Positions 15,691 through 27,620 of a DNA stretch of 64,000 bases are shown here, piece after piece. Numbering within the stretch: position 1 is the first letter of the stretch; each line of letters starts with the position of its first letter. The position numbers were made by a program, and so were the translations under genes. The DNA lies in assembly GCF_000143415.4 (NCBI RefSeq), contig NW_003314261.1, positions 3,216,880-3,280,879 on the forward strand. The letters run 5' to 3'. The notes below the pieces were generated by a model. The model searched no databases, was not told the DNA's origin, and saw only the letters and a list, made by a program, of their open reading frames with translations. This DNA is from Selaginella moellendorffii. Its lineage: Eukaryota; Plantae; Lycopodiophyta.

Positions 15691-17604
15691 TTTCTTCTGA
15701 CGGGATTTGAGAATGAAAATATTGTTAATTCTCTTCTTTTCTCATCCATTATTTCAAGTTGCCAGAACCATATGTCTTCATTTTTACCTAGTTTGGCTAC
15801 ATTTTTGCTACAAGATTTACCATGGATTTGATTTCAAAGACACTCTTATATTGAAGCCCTGTAACTTATGATTTTCAGCCATTATAGAGATAGCATTTTC
15901 CATCACAGGGTCCTTGTGCAAATTGTGGAAGTAAAACTCCTACTTTGGAACAATACTAGGTGTTGGTATATAAAATGTGAACAGTGAGTGCTTTCGGTTT
16001 TTCACTATTGTTAACAAGGTTTCTGTAGGTGTAAGACTCTCTTAAAATTTAATTCAAACACGTCTTATAACACTTCAAAAACTTCATGAGGTAAGGTAAA
16101 GGAACAATGCAAGTTTGTCTTTTCACTATTTAAACACTTTCTAGTTATATTACAGGGCAAGCCAAAGATGGCCATTTCATTTAGATGATATATGTTGATT
16201 AAATTAATTTTGTGTTACAATTTTAATGTTCTGAAACCTTACCATTTAGTAATGTATTTTTTTTAAATTTTTTTTTGCCATAGATGCAAAAACATTAGCT
16301 AAAGCCCACAAAGTGATGATTTTAACTTCACTTAAGGTACATATAATTTTACTGCCTCTAAGCAAAGTATCATTGATTCCTCTCATGGCTCCCTATAGCC
16401 CTTTCTTGATCCAAGCCTATTAATGTCATGCATTTGCTATCTCTTTATAATTAATGAGGAATATATTCACCACTTTTGACCATAACAAGAATCAAACCTC
16501 AAATTGAATTTCTTTCATTTCCATTGTTTTAATATTTTATTAGTAAATTCTTCATCTCTTCTTCTGTCAAAATTCTGATAATTTAAACACTCTAATATCA
16601 ATGGATTCCTTAAATCTTCTTTTTCTAGTTCCAGTCAAATCTTAATGATCTAAAAAAGTCATATAATACGTTGGAGCAATCTATTACAACATTTCACTTG
16701 CAACTCTAGCAAATTATTTAGCACCAATAGTAACTTTTTATTTTAGAACCAAACTTTGGAAGATTGATGGCATCTAAGTTTAATGGGTTTCTCAAATAAA
16801 TCAAGCTTTAAATTGCTATGCAACTTGATAAATATTTCAGTCTAATGTTTTGTGTGAGCCTAATTGAATCTCTTCTTACTAGGATATACCTTTCTTGATT
16901 TTTCACTCTTTTTGAAAAGAGCAACTTTAAAATTTTGATCTCTTTGTCTAATACTTCATTAATATATTTAATAATACTAATCAAGAACATATTGCCATCA
17001 ATAAATTGTAGCAAAGCTCTAAGTTTGCATCTGCCTATGCATTGAAGTTTTAAATGATCACCACTAATATTTTATAGGACAATGCAACCTTAAAGAATAT
17101 TGATATGAAAGATCTGTGCTTTCTTATCTAAATTCAACATCTCTCACAATTATCATTGATTTTGTTATTTACTATGATAATCAATCGCAAGAATAACATC
17201 ATCCTCAAACCTTTTCATATTATTACTCACTTTTAGTCCAACTTCCCTTTTTTAGTTTGAGATGGTAATGGTATCAATATAAACTTCATTAGCTAGGATT
17301 TTACACTTTCTCATATCCTTGTTAATTGTACACCACTTCAACACAAGTTACTATATTATTTTTAGTTTATTATTATACATAACTAAGGAAAAGTATGAGA
17401 AAAAAATCTCTAAACCCCAACGTAGAGTTAGAAGTGCGCTATGGTTGAAATGGGAGTCTAGCAACTGTAACACACTTGGACCAAATGCTTCAACTCAAAG
17501 AGTCAAGAGTAGGAATGAAACTCCTAACAAAATGCTCATACGAAAGAGTTAATGAATAAATTCTAGAAAGGGATACAAAAAAGATTGATACATGAAAGTG
17601 TTAG

Positions 17605-17800
17605 AATTGAGTCCAAGATAGAGTCCAAAATGGAATCTAAGATAGATCTAAGATGGAATTCGAAATGGAGTCCAAAATAAACTTTGAGATGGAATTTGAG
17701 ATAGAGTCTAAAATGGAATTTAAGATGGAGTCTAGATGGAGTCTAAAATGGAGTTCAAGACTCCAAAACCAAGACTAAGATTGAAACCAAGTTTGAATCC
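17605..17800. repeat. Degenerate 12-bp tandem repeat (gagtctaagatg-like)
   Basis: Repeated gagtc(c/t)aa(g/a)at(g/a) and gaatt..a.atg units. Confidence 0.65.
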
Positions 17801-17873
17801 AAATACTAATACAAGGTTGTGGGGTGAGGAGTTCAATGCTAAAATAAACATGGATAGATACTTATTTAGATAC

Positions 17874-18342
17874 TGTAAACTCTTGAGTTTGGACTTCTCG
17901 AGAGGTCACCCAGCCCAATATTATTCAAACCCAAAGACACTTAACCCCAAATATCCCAAGACCCTTAACCAATTGAAAAAAGGGGGTGCACATTTATTCA
18001 TAGGCCTTTTTCTTTACAAGTTCACGCCCTCATAAACAGAAGATAAGAGTTGTAGTTCTCTTGAGAGCCCCACTCTCTTGACACCCTACCCCTAAAGTCG
18101 AGCCCAACAGGAGTAAATTGGACCAGCCAGATGTCAATCAACATGTGGTGTGATTCCTTTAGCCAACCAATAGAGTCGGACTCAAGACCCCTCTAATATC
18201 AAATGTAAGCTCCTGAGTTTGGACTTTTCAGGAGCTCATCCAGCCCAATACTATTCAAACCCATGGACGCTTAACCCCAAGTATCCTAAAACCCTTAACC
18301 AATTGGAAAAAAGTGCACTCTTATTCATAAACCCTTTCCCTC
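17874..18342 (-). mobile_element. Cassandra-like TRIM (non-autonomous LTR retrotransposon with 5S rRNA-derived segment in its LTRs); 5' LTR truncated
   Basis: LTR copies start TGTAA at 17874 and 18204; the complete copy 17874-18083 is TG...CA. 5S-like segments at 17891-17946 and 18221-18276. PBS-like TGATATTAGAG at 18191-18201 and PPT AGGGGTAGGG at 18084-18093, both on the minus strand. Confidence 0.8.
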
Positions 18343-18781
18343 TATATTTGAATCCCATAGATCATCACTCGAATCGTTCTTTTTGGTTATTTATAAATAT
18401 CTAGTGTGGCATATTAAAAATTCACTTTTGCTATATGGCTAGAGTACCTAGAAGCAGAAGGTGAGGGGATCACTTACAATGCTCACGTAAGGCTACAATA
18501 TTTCAAAATGTTATTTTAAAGTCTTGGTTGAGGAGTAATTCTCTTGTATAGTAACCATACATAGTGAAAAGATCCCAAAGATTTAGTGGTCAGGCCTTTG
18601 AGCCCTAACCCAATGATAGTATTAGTGAGTATAGCTATGGATGGAAAAGGACTTAGTGGAGACCGAAGAAAGGATATTAAAAAAGGGTGTTCCTCATATC
18701 TCTAGGCATTCTAAAAATGTTAAAGTGTGGTTATAAAATGACCATTTATGGATAGATAACTTAGTCTTTGGGAGATAAAAC

Positions 18782-21070
18782 TGTGGTATAGGTCAAAAGT
18801 GAATGAACATAGCTTTAGTATAACAAGTTGATATATCAATGCTACCTTTGGGTGTCTATTGTGGGATTGGACACATGGAGCACTTGGACCAAGTGCAAAG
18901 GCTGAATGGCATAAATGCTATTCATGGGGCTAACAAGTCTCCAAGTTGAGAATAAAACTTATGGAAGTTGTGAATAAAACTCCTTTAAATGGTTAAATGT
19001 GTAGTTAAGTGATTAAAATAGAATAGAAAAGTTAATCACTTACAAAAAGGTGATACTCTTACTTGATATAGTTATGTTGTATCTTAGATTAAGTATTAGT
19101 ATTGTAAATTTTATTATTTGGTCAACTGGCTTAAGCATTCTTTTATCTTATGTATTTGGGAGTATGCTTCTCATCTTGCTTATTATGTTTATACTTCTAA
19201 GTTATTAAATTTCTATCGATAACATCCCCTTAAATTTGGTCTTATACCACTTTAGTTATCAATCAATGTTTTGACATTAGAAGGTTATGTATTATTTATT
19301 GAAGAATACTATTTTCTATAATAGAAATTGAACCCTAAACTTTTGCTCATGGGATTTGAACTTAATACTTATTATGCATGTAGATTCCTAGATTAGTTTG
19401 AGTTTACAGAGTGTATAAAAGTAGGGTTTTGAGGATTTTAGAGTATGTCATCCTTTTGACAATTAAGCACTATATTTTAAAATTACTAATAATTCATATT
19501 AAATAAATTTAAATTCTAAATTCACCAAATGATATAAGTAGTATAAATTATATAAAAAAGTAAAATTTTTTAATTCACTGATAAATATCAAAACAAATTT
19601 AACTCACTATTCTATTTAATATACAAAAAAGATCCATTAAAAACTTATAATAGCTTCAGTATCAAAAGGTCCAAAAAATTATAACAATCCAAAAGTTAAT
19701 TTTCCATCTTTTAAATGAGAGGAATTCCATTGCTATTATCTATGAAATTGAAAACTTTCATCTCCCAAATGGGGAAAAATGTCATTGCCATTATTTATAA
19801 AATCAAACATTATTTCTTAAATAGAAGGAAATGTCAATCCCATTACCAAAAATTTCCAATCTCCTATATAGGAGGAAATATTATTGCTATTTTCTAATGA
19901 GATCTAAACATTCTATCTCTCAAAGGAAATTCCATTGTGGTATAGGTTAAAGGTGAATGGATATAGCCTTAGTGTAATGAGTTGATATATCAGTGCTACC
20001 TTTGGGTGTTTATTATGGGATTGAACATGTGAAACACTTGGACCAAGTGCAAAGGCTGAGTGGCATAAATGCTATTCATGGGGTTAATAAGTCTCTAAGT
20101 TAGGAATAAAACTTATGGAAGTTATGAATAAGACTCTTTTAAATAGTCAAATGTGTGGTTAAGTGACTAAAATAGAATAGAAAAATTAATCACTTACAAA
20201 AAGGTGATATTCTTACTTGAGAGTTATGTTGTATCTTAAATTAAGTATTAGTATTATAGATTTATTATTTAGTCAACTAGCTTAAGCATTCTTTTATCTT
20301 ATATATTTGGGAGTATGCTTCTCATCTTGCTTATTGTGTTTATACTTCTAAGTTGTTAAATTTCTATCAATAACATCCCCTTAAATTTGGTTTTACACCA
20401 CTTTAGCTATCAATCAATACTTTGACATTAGAAGGTCATGTATTATTTATTGAAGAATAGGAATTGAACCCTAAACTTTTGCTTATGGGATTTGAACTTA
20501 ATACTTATTATGCATGTAGATTCCTAGATTAGTTTGAGTTTACAGAACCTATAAAAGTAGGGTTTTGAGGATTTTAGAGTATGTTAGTATTTTATTAATA
20601 GTTTTGTCATCCTTTTGATAAAACTACTAATAATTCATATGAAATAAACCTAAATTCTAAATTCACGAAATGATATAAGTACTATAAATTATGTAAAAAG
20701 GTAAAATTTGTTAATTCACTGATGAATATCAAAACAAATTTAATTCACCATTCTATTTAATGTACAAAAAAGATCCATTAAAAACTTATAATAGCTTCAG
20801 TATCAAAAGGTCCAAAAAATCATAACAATTCAGAAGTTAATAAGATCCAAAATTTTCCATCTTTTAAATGAGAGGAACTCCATTGCTATTATCTATGAAA
20901 TTGAAAAATTTCATCTCCCAAATGAGGAAAAAAGTCATTGCCATTGTTTATAAAATCCAACATTATTTCAATCCCATTACCAAAAATTTCCAATCTCCTA
21001 TATAGAAGGAAATACTATTGTTATTTCTAATGAGATCTAAATGTTCTATCTGTCAAAGAAAACTCCATTG
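18782..21070. repeat. Tandem duplication of an AT-rich unit of about 1.15 kb (18782-19935 / 19936-21070)
   Basis: tgtggtatagg...gaaattccatt repeated with scattered substitutions and indels. Confidence 0.9.
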
Positions 21071-21170
21071 CCATTGTCATTGAAATTGAAAGTTTCCATC
21101 TCCCAAAAGGGAGGTACATCACTTATGCCATTGTAAAAATCCAATTTATTTACCGAAAACTAAAAAAAAA

Positions 21171-22691
21171 AGAAAAGGTCTAGATAAGTTAATCAATCTT
21201 TTAAATTTAAATTTAAACATATCAAGACATACCAAGAAACAATGAGAATAAAAGAAAATTAATACTTTTATATCAAATGCAAAAAGTATAATCCGGGACA
21301 AAATTAATGCAAATCGAAAAATATAAAAGAGAAGAGAGATATCATAATGCCTCTAATACTTGAAACTTCCAAGGAATAAATGCGCCCGGGGAGTTGACCC
21401 AAAGTATGTTGACTCAGGCGAGAGTCACGGGAATCGAGCAAGAAAAGCATGGACTTCCCAGTGTCATGGTTGTGCAAGGCATGCCAGGGCCATTGGTTTC
21501 AAGGATAAAACAATTTGCTAGATTGATTCTCTCTATTGTATATTCTCCTTCATAAAATTACAAGCTTTCTAGAGTAGACTTTTAGATAGGACAATTTTTC
21601 CCACTCAACATTAAAAAGGTAGCTCTGACATGAAGAAGTGATTAAAAATAAAGAGTTACATTGAGATGCTGTTAGCTATTGTCCTTGTTCCAACTCTTGT
21701 GTTTCTTGATCACACAATGGATTTCGAGCAAGCGCGTGAAAGCCCCACAGAAGGTTATTCTATCACTTCTTCAAAAAGTTGTTGACATGAAGCTATGTCA
21801 AGTTCATATTGACACGATTATAATTCATGTTCTCGCTATATAATGATGGAGGGAAGAATGATGCAAAGTAGAGTTCTACATCCTAGCGTTTTTTTCTACC
21901 TTTGGACCCATTGTCACTTTGACAATTCCATGAGCTATGCAAGAACATAAATATTAATCAATAACTCGTAGAATTTTATTCACAAGAAAAGGTCTAGATA
22001 AGTTAATCAATCTTTTAAATTTAAATTTAAACATATCAAGACATACCAAGAAACAATGAGAATAAAAGAAAATTAATACTTCTATATCAAATGCAAAAAG
22101 TATAATCCGGGACAAAATTAATGCAAATCAAAAAACATAAAAGAGAAGAGAGATATCATAATGCTTCTAATACTTGAAACTTCCAGGGAATAAATGCACC
22201 TAGGGAGTTGACCCAAAGTATGTTGACTCAGGCGAGATTCACGGGAATCGAGCAAGCTAGTGTCATGGTTGTGCAAGGCATGCCAAGGCCATTGGTTTCA
22301 AGGATAAAACAATTTGCCGGATTGATTCTCTCTATTGTATATTCTCCTTAATAAAATTATAAACTTTCTAGAGTAGACTTTTAGATAGGACAATTTTTCC
22401 CACTCAACATTAAAAAGGCAGCTCTGACATGAAGAAGTTTGGAGCAAGCGCATGAAGGCCCCACAAAAGGTTATTCTATCACTTCTTCAAAAAGTTGTTG
22501 ACATGAAGCTATGTCAAGTTCATATTGACACGATTATAGTTCATGTTCTCGCTATATAATGATGGAGGGAAGAATGATGCAAAGCAGAGTTCTACATCCT
22601 AGCATTTTTTTCTACCTTTGAACCCATTGTCACTTTAACAATTCCGTGAGCTATGCAAGAACATAAATATTAATCAATAACTCGTAGAATT
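21171..22691. repeat. Tandem duplication (21171-21972 / 21985-22691) containing an HSP60 remnant
   Basis: agaaaaggtctagataag...ctcgtagaatt repeated; second copy has internal deletions. Confidence 0.9.
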
Positions 22692-22784
22692 CTTCAAAGG
22701 TAACAAGCGAAATCAATGACTTCCAACCGTGCCCTAGCCCACGTTTTCTACATTTTAGCTTTATATTACATGTTAATATATGAG

Positions 22785-24333
22785 TTACGAAGCTGCTAGA
22801 GTGCCAAAAGCACACTGCTCAAGTCTCGGTGATACTTGAGCGACAACAGCATCTGCAATAATGTTAATAAATCCAGGGCCGCTGTCAAAGGACAACTTCC
22901 TTGTAGCTCCGTCCCGAAATCTCCAGTCAAACCCATGGATCAAGTTTGAGAGCACCAACTGAACATTCCGCAGTCCAAGAGGAAGCCCTGGACAACCTCG
23001 CCTTCCGGATCCGAAAGGAAGCAACTCAAAGTCATGGCCATAGACGTTGATGTTGCTACCAACAAATCTCCCAGGCTTGAACTTGTCCGGATCGTTTGGC
23101 CAAGCCTGGGAGTCCCTTCCAATGGCGTACGTGTTGATGAGAACGGTTGCCTTTGCTGGAATCTCAAAGCCCGCAACTAGTCGAGGCTCCGGGGACGTGT
23201 GCGGGACCATCAGCGACAGCGGGGGATGGAGACGAAATGTCTCCTTGATAACAGCGTTGACAAGCTCCAGCTTCGCCAAGTCCGACTCTTCCACCATTCG
23301 ATCTCGCCCAACCACGCTTTCAATCTCTTGCTGGAGTTTCTCCATCCACTCGGGATTGTGGAGAAGCTCGGCCATAGCCCATTCCACCACGGTTGACGAT
23401 GTCTCGGAGCCACCAAGCAGTAAATCCTAGTAGAAAACACCATGCGAGAACAAAGATAGCCCGAACAAATCAAGAGTTTTCACTTACCATTAGCAAGGCT
23501 TTGAGATACTGGGCCTGTTCAGGGCCGTCCACTCGCGCCTTCGTCATCTCCACAAAGTCTGGAATTTCTCCGGGTCTTTGCTCGTTCAGAACTTTGTCCA
23601 GGAACGCATCCATCCTCTGGTGAGCTCGTCTACAACGGGCTATGCTCCAGTCGAGCCAGCCGACACTGGGGAAGTAATCTGCTATGGAGAACGCCCCGGC
23701 TGCATCCATCACCTCGTCAATCACCCCCACAAATTCCCGCGCCTGGGGATCATCGCTGGAAGCCTTAGATCCAAAGTAAGTCTTGTTCATGAGGATGCGA
23801 GTCATGACATTGAAGCTCAGTGATCTCAGCTTGCCTCGCAGTGCCACTGGTTGACCCGCCTTGGAAGCCTTGGCGAGCTCGGCAGTAAGATCCCACAGCT
23901 CGTCCCGGATGATTTTGGTGAAGGAGGTGACCCTCCTGGCCGTGAAGAGCTCCATGGAGCACATCCTCCTGATGTTCTTGTGGTACTCACCCTCAGAATA
24001 AGATAAGCTCTTGAACTTGTACATGAGAATGTCTACGGCCACTCTGGGTGGCCTGCGAGCGAATGCGGCATCGTGGGTCTTAAGGAACTCCCTGGCCATG
24101 GCAGGACTGGAAATCACAATGAGTGGCGCGGATCCCAGGCGCAAGTACATGAGGGGTCCAAACTTCTTGGAGAGGTGATAGAGTGAGATCTGGGGGATCC
24201 TTCCCAGGAGGTGGAAGTGGCCGATGAGAGGCAAAGCTCTGGGGCCTGGGGGGAGCTTGATGGCGCGCTTGCTCCACATCCATTGCGTGACGAAGAACGC
24301 AAGAGTTAGAACGAGGACAATCGCTGGCAACAT
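22785..24333 (-). CDS. Cytochrome P450, CYP71 clan (A-type), intact; intron 23427-23487
   Basis: Membrane anchor, LPPGP hinge, GGSETS I-helix, ETFR, FGSGRRGCPG heme motif; single GT-AG intron just before the I-helix. Confidence 0.95.
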
Positions 24334-24714
24334 TGCCAGTTTAACTCTTTGCTTGAGACTCCTTCTCCAGCGAGTGAATGAGTGTTGTGTCAAACCTTGC
24401 TGCCTTTTTAATCAGAATTAGACTAATTAATTTAATTAATTAATCGAGCGAGCAGAGACTAGTACTTGGAAGAGTGGTTGCCACTCATTCAACGATTCGA
24501 GGGGGAAAATTTCTATTCAATTCAAGGACTGCTCGAAATTTAGGTCCGGGAGGAGCGATTCGCGCGCGCGCATGAGACATCCATCGGTCTCTCACTGTTT
24601 GAATTGACTGTTTGTTACTGGGGTCGCCGCCACGCCACACCCAACAAGAGAAGGGATCGATCCATCTCGAGCTAGGGATGGTCTGCTGCTAGAATCGGAG
24701 GATTTCCAGAGAGA

Positions 24715-26895
24715 ATGGCGACCAGTCGAGCCGTGGTGTCGGGTAATCTAGCGCTCGCGCGGCGGCCCAGCTGCTCGTCCAGCGCCTGTGGCGAGAGGGT
24801 TGTGAGCGTGAGGGTTGGGCGAGGGCGAGGGATTCGATGCGAGGCGGCGGAGAACAAGAGCGCCAATGTGGCTGTGGAGCCAGAGGGCAGCTTCGATTCC
24901 AAGATCTTTCGCAAGAATTTGATGCGGAGCGACAATTACAACCGGAGTGGATTTGGCTACAAGAAGGAGACGCTCGAGAGGCTGGATCAAGAATACAACA
25001 CAAGTAAGCTTTGCTCGCCTTAGAAACTTTCCTCGCGAAGAAGATCTATTCCTTGTTTTTCCACCTTGCATGAGTTCTTGCGGTCATACTCCTTTGATTT
25101 TCTTGCCTGGTTTTTCTACTTACTTCGCGAGCTTTGCTCCAACGATTTGCTGGATTGATGCTTGCTTTGGTATTCCAAACTTCGTGATCTTTGCAAGCCA
25201 TCTTTCATTTGATGCTTGATTAAAGGTGTTGTTTCTTTCTTTCTTTCAATTGCTTTCATCCTTGCTATGGCATTTCCAACTATTGCGGTCCACTGGCTAA
25301 AAGTTTTCAATTTCTGGTCAGGTGACATGCTTAAGTCGCTCAAGGAGAACGATTACTCGTACACTTGGGGAGATGTCACGGTGAAACTTGCAAATTCCTA
25401 TGGATTTTGCTGGGGAGTGGAGCGTGCCGTGCAAATAGCATACGAAGCACGTAAACAGTTCCCCGATCAGCATATCTGGATCACCAACGAAATCATTCAC
25501 AATCCAACCGTGAACCAGGTATGAACTTAGAACTCCATTGTCATGCTATATAATCTTTTTCCGTTTTAGAAACTGGAGGAGATGGAAATTAAGATGATCC
25601 CTGTGGAGGACAAAGTCAAAGATTTTAGCGTGGTGAAAGAGAAAGACGTCGTTGTGTTCCCAGCATTTGGTGCTACTGTCCAAGAGATGCAGCTCCTCGC
25701 TGAAAAAAAAGTTCAAATCGTCGACACTACATGCCCGTGGGTAGCAAAGGTATTGCATTCTCTTTTCCCTTCCTTGTGGAGCTATGAATAAATCGAGTGT
25801 TTGTGGAAAGGTTTGGAACTCGGTGGAAAAGCACAAGAAATCGTCCTATACTTCCGTGATCCATGGAAAGTATGCTCACGAGGAGACTGTTGCGACTGCT
25901 TCATTTGCTGGGAAATATATTATCGTCAAGAACATGAAAGAGGTTTGTATAGCTTCCTTAGATTTGTTGCATCAATCGCCAAATGATCTTAATTTTCTCT
26001 CTACAGGCTACATACGTGTGCGACTACATTCTCGGTGGAAAGCTCGATGGCTCCAGTGGAACTAAGGAAGAGCTGTTGGAGGTAAATCTCTGAAAGGAAA
26101 GTCTACTCACTCACAAGCCAAGGTTTTCTTTTGTTTGTTTGTAGAAATTTAAATACGCAACCTCCAAAGGCTTTGATCCGGACGAAGATCTCGTCAGGGT
26201 CGGGATTGCGAATCAGACGACGATGCTTAAAGGGGAAACAGAAGATATTGGTAAGCATGTCGCCATTGTGTCTCGCGTGATCAAAACCACCACCTTCTTG
26301 CAGGGAAGCTACTCCAGAGGACGATGATGCAAAAGTATGGAGTGGAGAACACAAACGATCACTTCATGAGCTTCAACACAATTTGTGACGCTACTCAGGT
26401 ATAAAGTTTTAAGACGTCCTGCAATTCGGAATGATATCGTAAATCACTGCGTAGGAGCGGCAAGATGCGATGTTCACGCTGGTGAAAGAGAAGCTCGACC
26501 TCCTTATCGTCGTCGGTGGCTGGAACTCAAGCAACACGTCGCACCTCCAAGAGATTGGAGAGATCAACAACATCCCCTCTTACTGGATCGACACTGAAGA
26601 ACGGATTGGTCCGGGAAACAAAATCGCTTACAGGCTCAACGTAAGAATGTCTAGCTTTCCTCGCAGCTCCTCATGAACTTTAAAACTTTGGATTGCAGCA
26701 TGGAGAGCTTGTCGAGAAGGAGAACTGGCTCCCAACTGGACCCGTGACAATCGGTATCACATCAGGTGCTTCCACACCCGACAAGGTATGAGTGAGAATC
26801 TCTAAACCCTGATCGCTTGAATTTCCAATTTCCAGGTCGTGGAGGACGTTCTAAAGCAGGTATTCCAGCTGAAAAAGCAAGAAGCGCTGCTGTGA
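24715..26895 (+). CDS. HDR: 4-hydroxy-3-methylbut-2-enyl diphosphate reductase (MEP pathway), plastid-targeted, multi-exon
   Basis: Transit peptide; [11 protein letters not shown]-terminal domain; Fe-S cysteines in [24 protein letters not shown]; GGWNSSNT; [10 protein letters not shown]. Confidence 0.97.
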
Positions 26896-27070
26896 TTTTC
26901 CATGGTCTTGTAACTCCAAAGCCTGCAAACGTATGGGCATTTCTCAGAATTCGATTGTATTATTTTCATAATGAGAGAATTTCCAAGTATAAATTCATCC
27001 GAGTTTTAGCTATCTTGCAACAGTTTCATGCTGCTTGGCGATAGCTGATCGCAGATAGAAAGACCGCATC

Positions 27071-27143
27071 GAGCGCTAGATTGCCATTCTCTCTGGAAAA
27101 TCCTCCGATTCTAGCAGCAGACCATCCCTAGCTCGATCCCTTC
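27071..27143 (-). repeat. Inverted, internally deleted copy of the HDR 5' leader/start region (24651-24755)
   Basis: gccattctctctggaaaatcctccgattctagcagcagaccatccctagctcga is the near-exact reverse complement of 24668-24719. Confidence 0.9.
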
Positions 27144-27620
27144 CCTTATACATCAGGTTGCCTTGCTCTCGCACCAAAACAGCACACTTCTCCTATTTGA
27201 GTTCTCTCTCTCTCGTTCATTGAACATGAGCTCTGGAGTCTATTGTCACTGTCCATCGTTTTCCAGGAGCGATCTTCCAGATCGATTCCCGATGGAAAAC
27301 TTTCGATACCAGCAGCACAGAGGTCACGTTTAAATTCTTGCTGCTATAGTAGAGATTGACTCCCATCTAGATGAACTGAGAACTTGACCACATGCTACTC
27401 AGGATTGGCCAGAACGCATAAATTTATCATTTTTGGTTGCCACTCTTTCAACGATTCGAGGGGGAAAATCTCTATATGCTGCTGGAAATTTAGGTCCGGG
27501 AGGAGTGGTTGAGACGCACTCACTCTTCCAAGTACTAAAGATCAGTTCTATTACTTTCACATTAAAAAAGGCAGTAAGGTTAGACGCGACACTCTCAAGA
27601 AAAGATTAGCAAGATTGAGA

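Noticed and set aside
16100-17400. Possible retroelement remnant in AT-rich DNA
   Set aside because: Only vague similarity; no motif could be read with confidence.
17891-17946. Functional 5S rRNA gene
   Set aside because: Only the internal ~56 nt matches, and it is embedded in LTR-like repeats.
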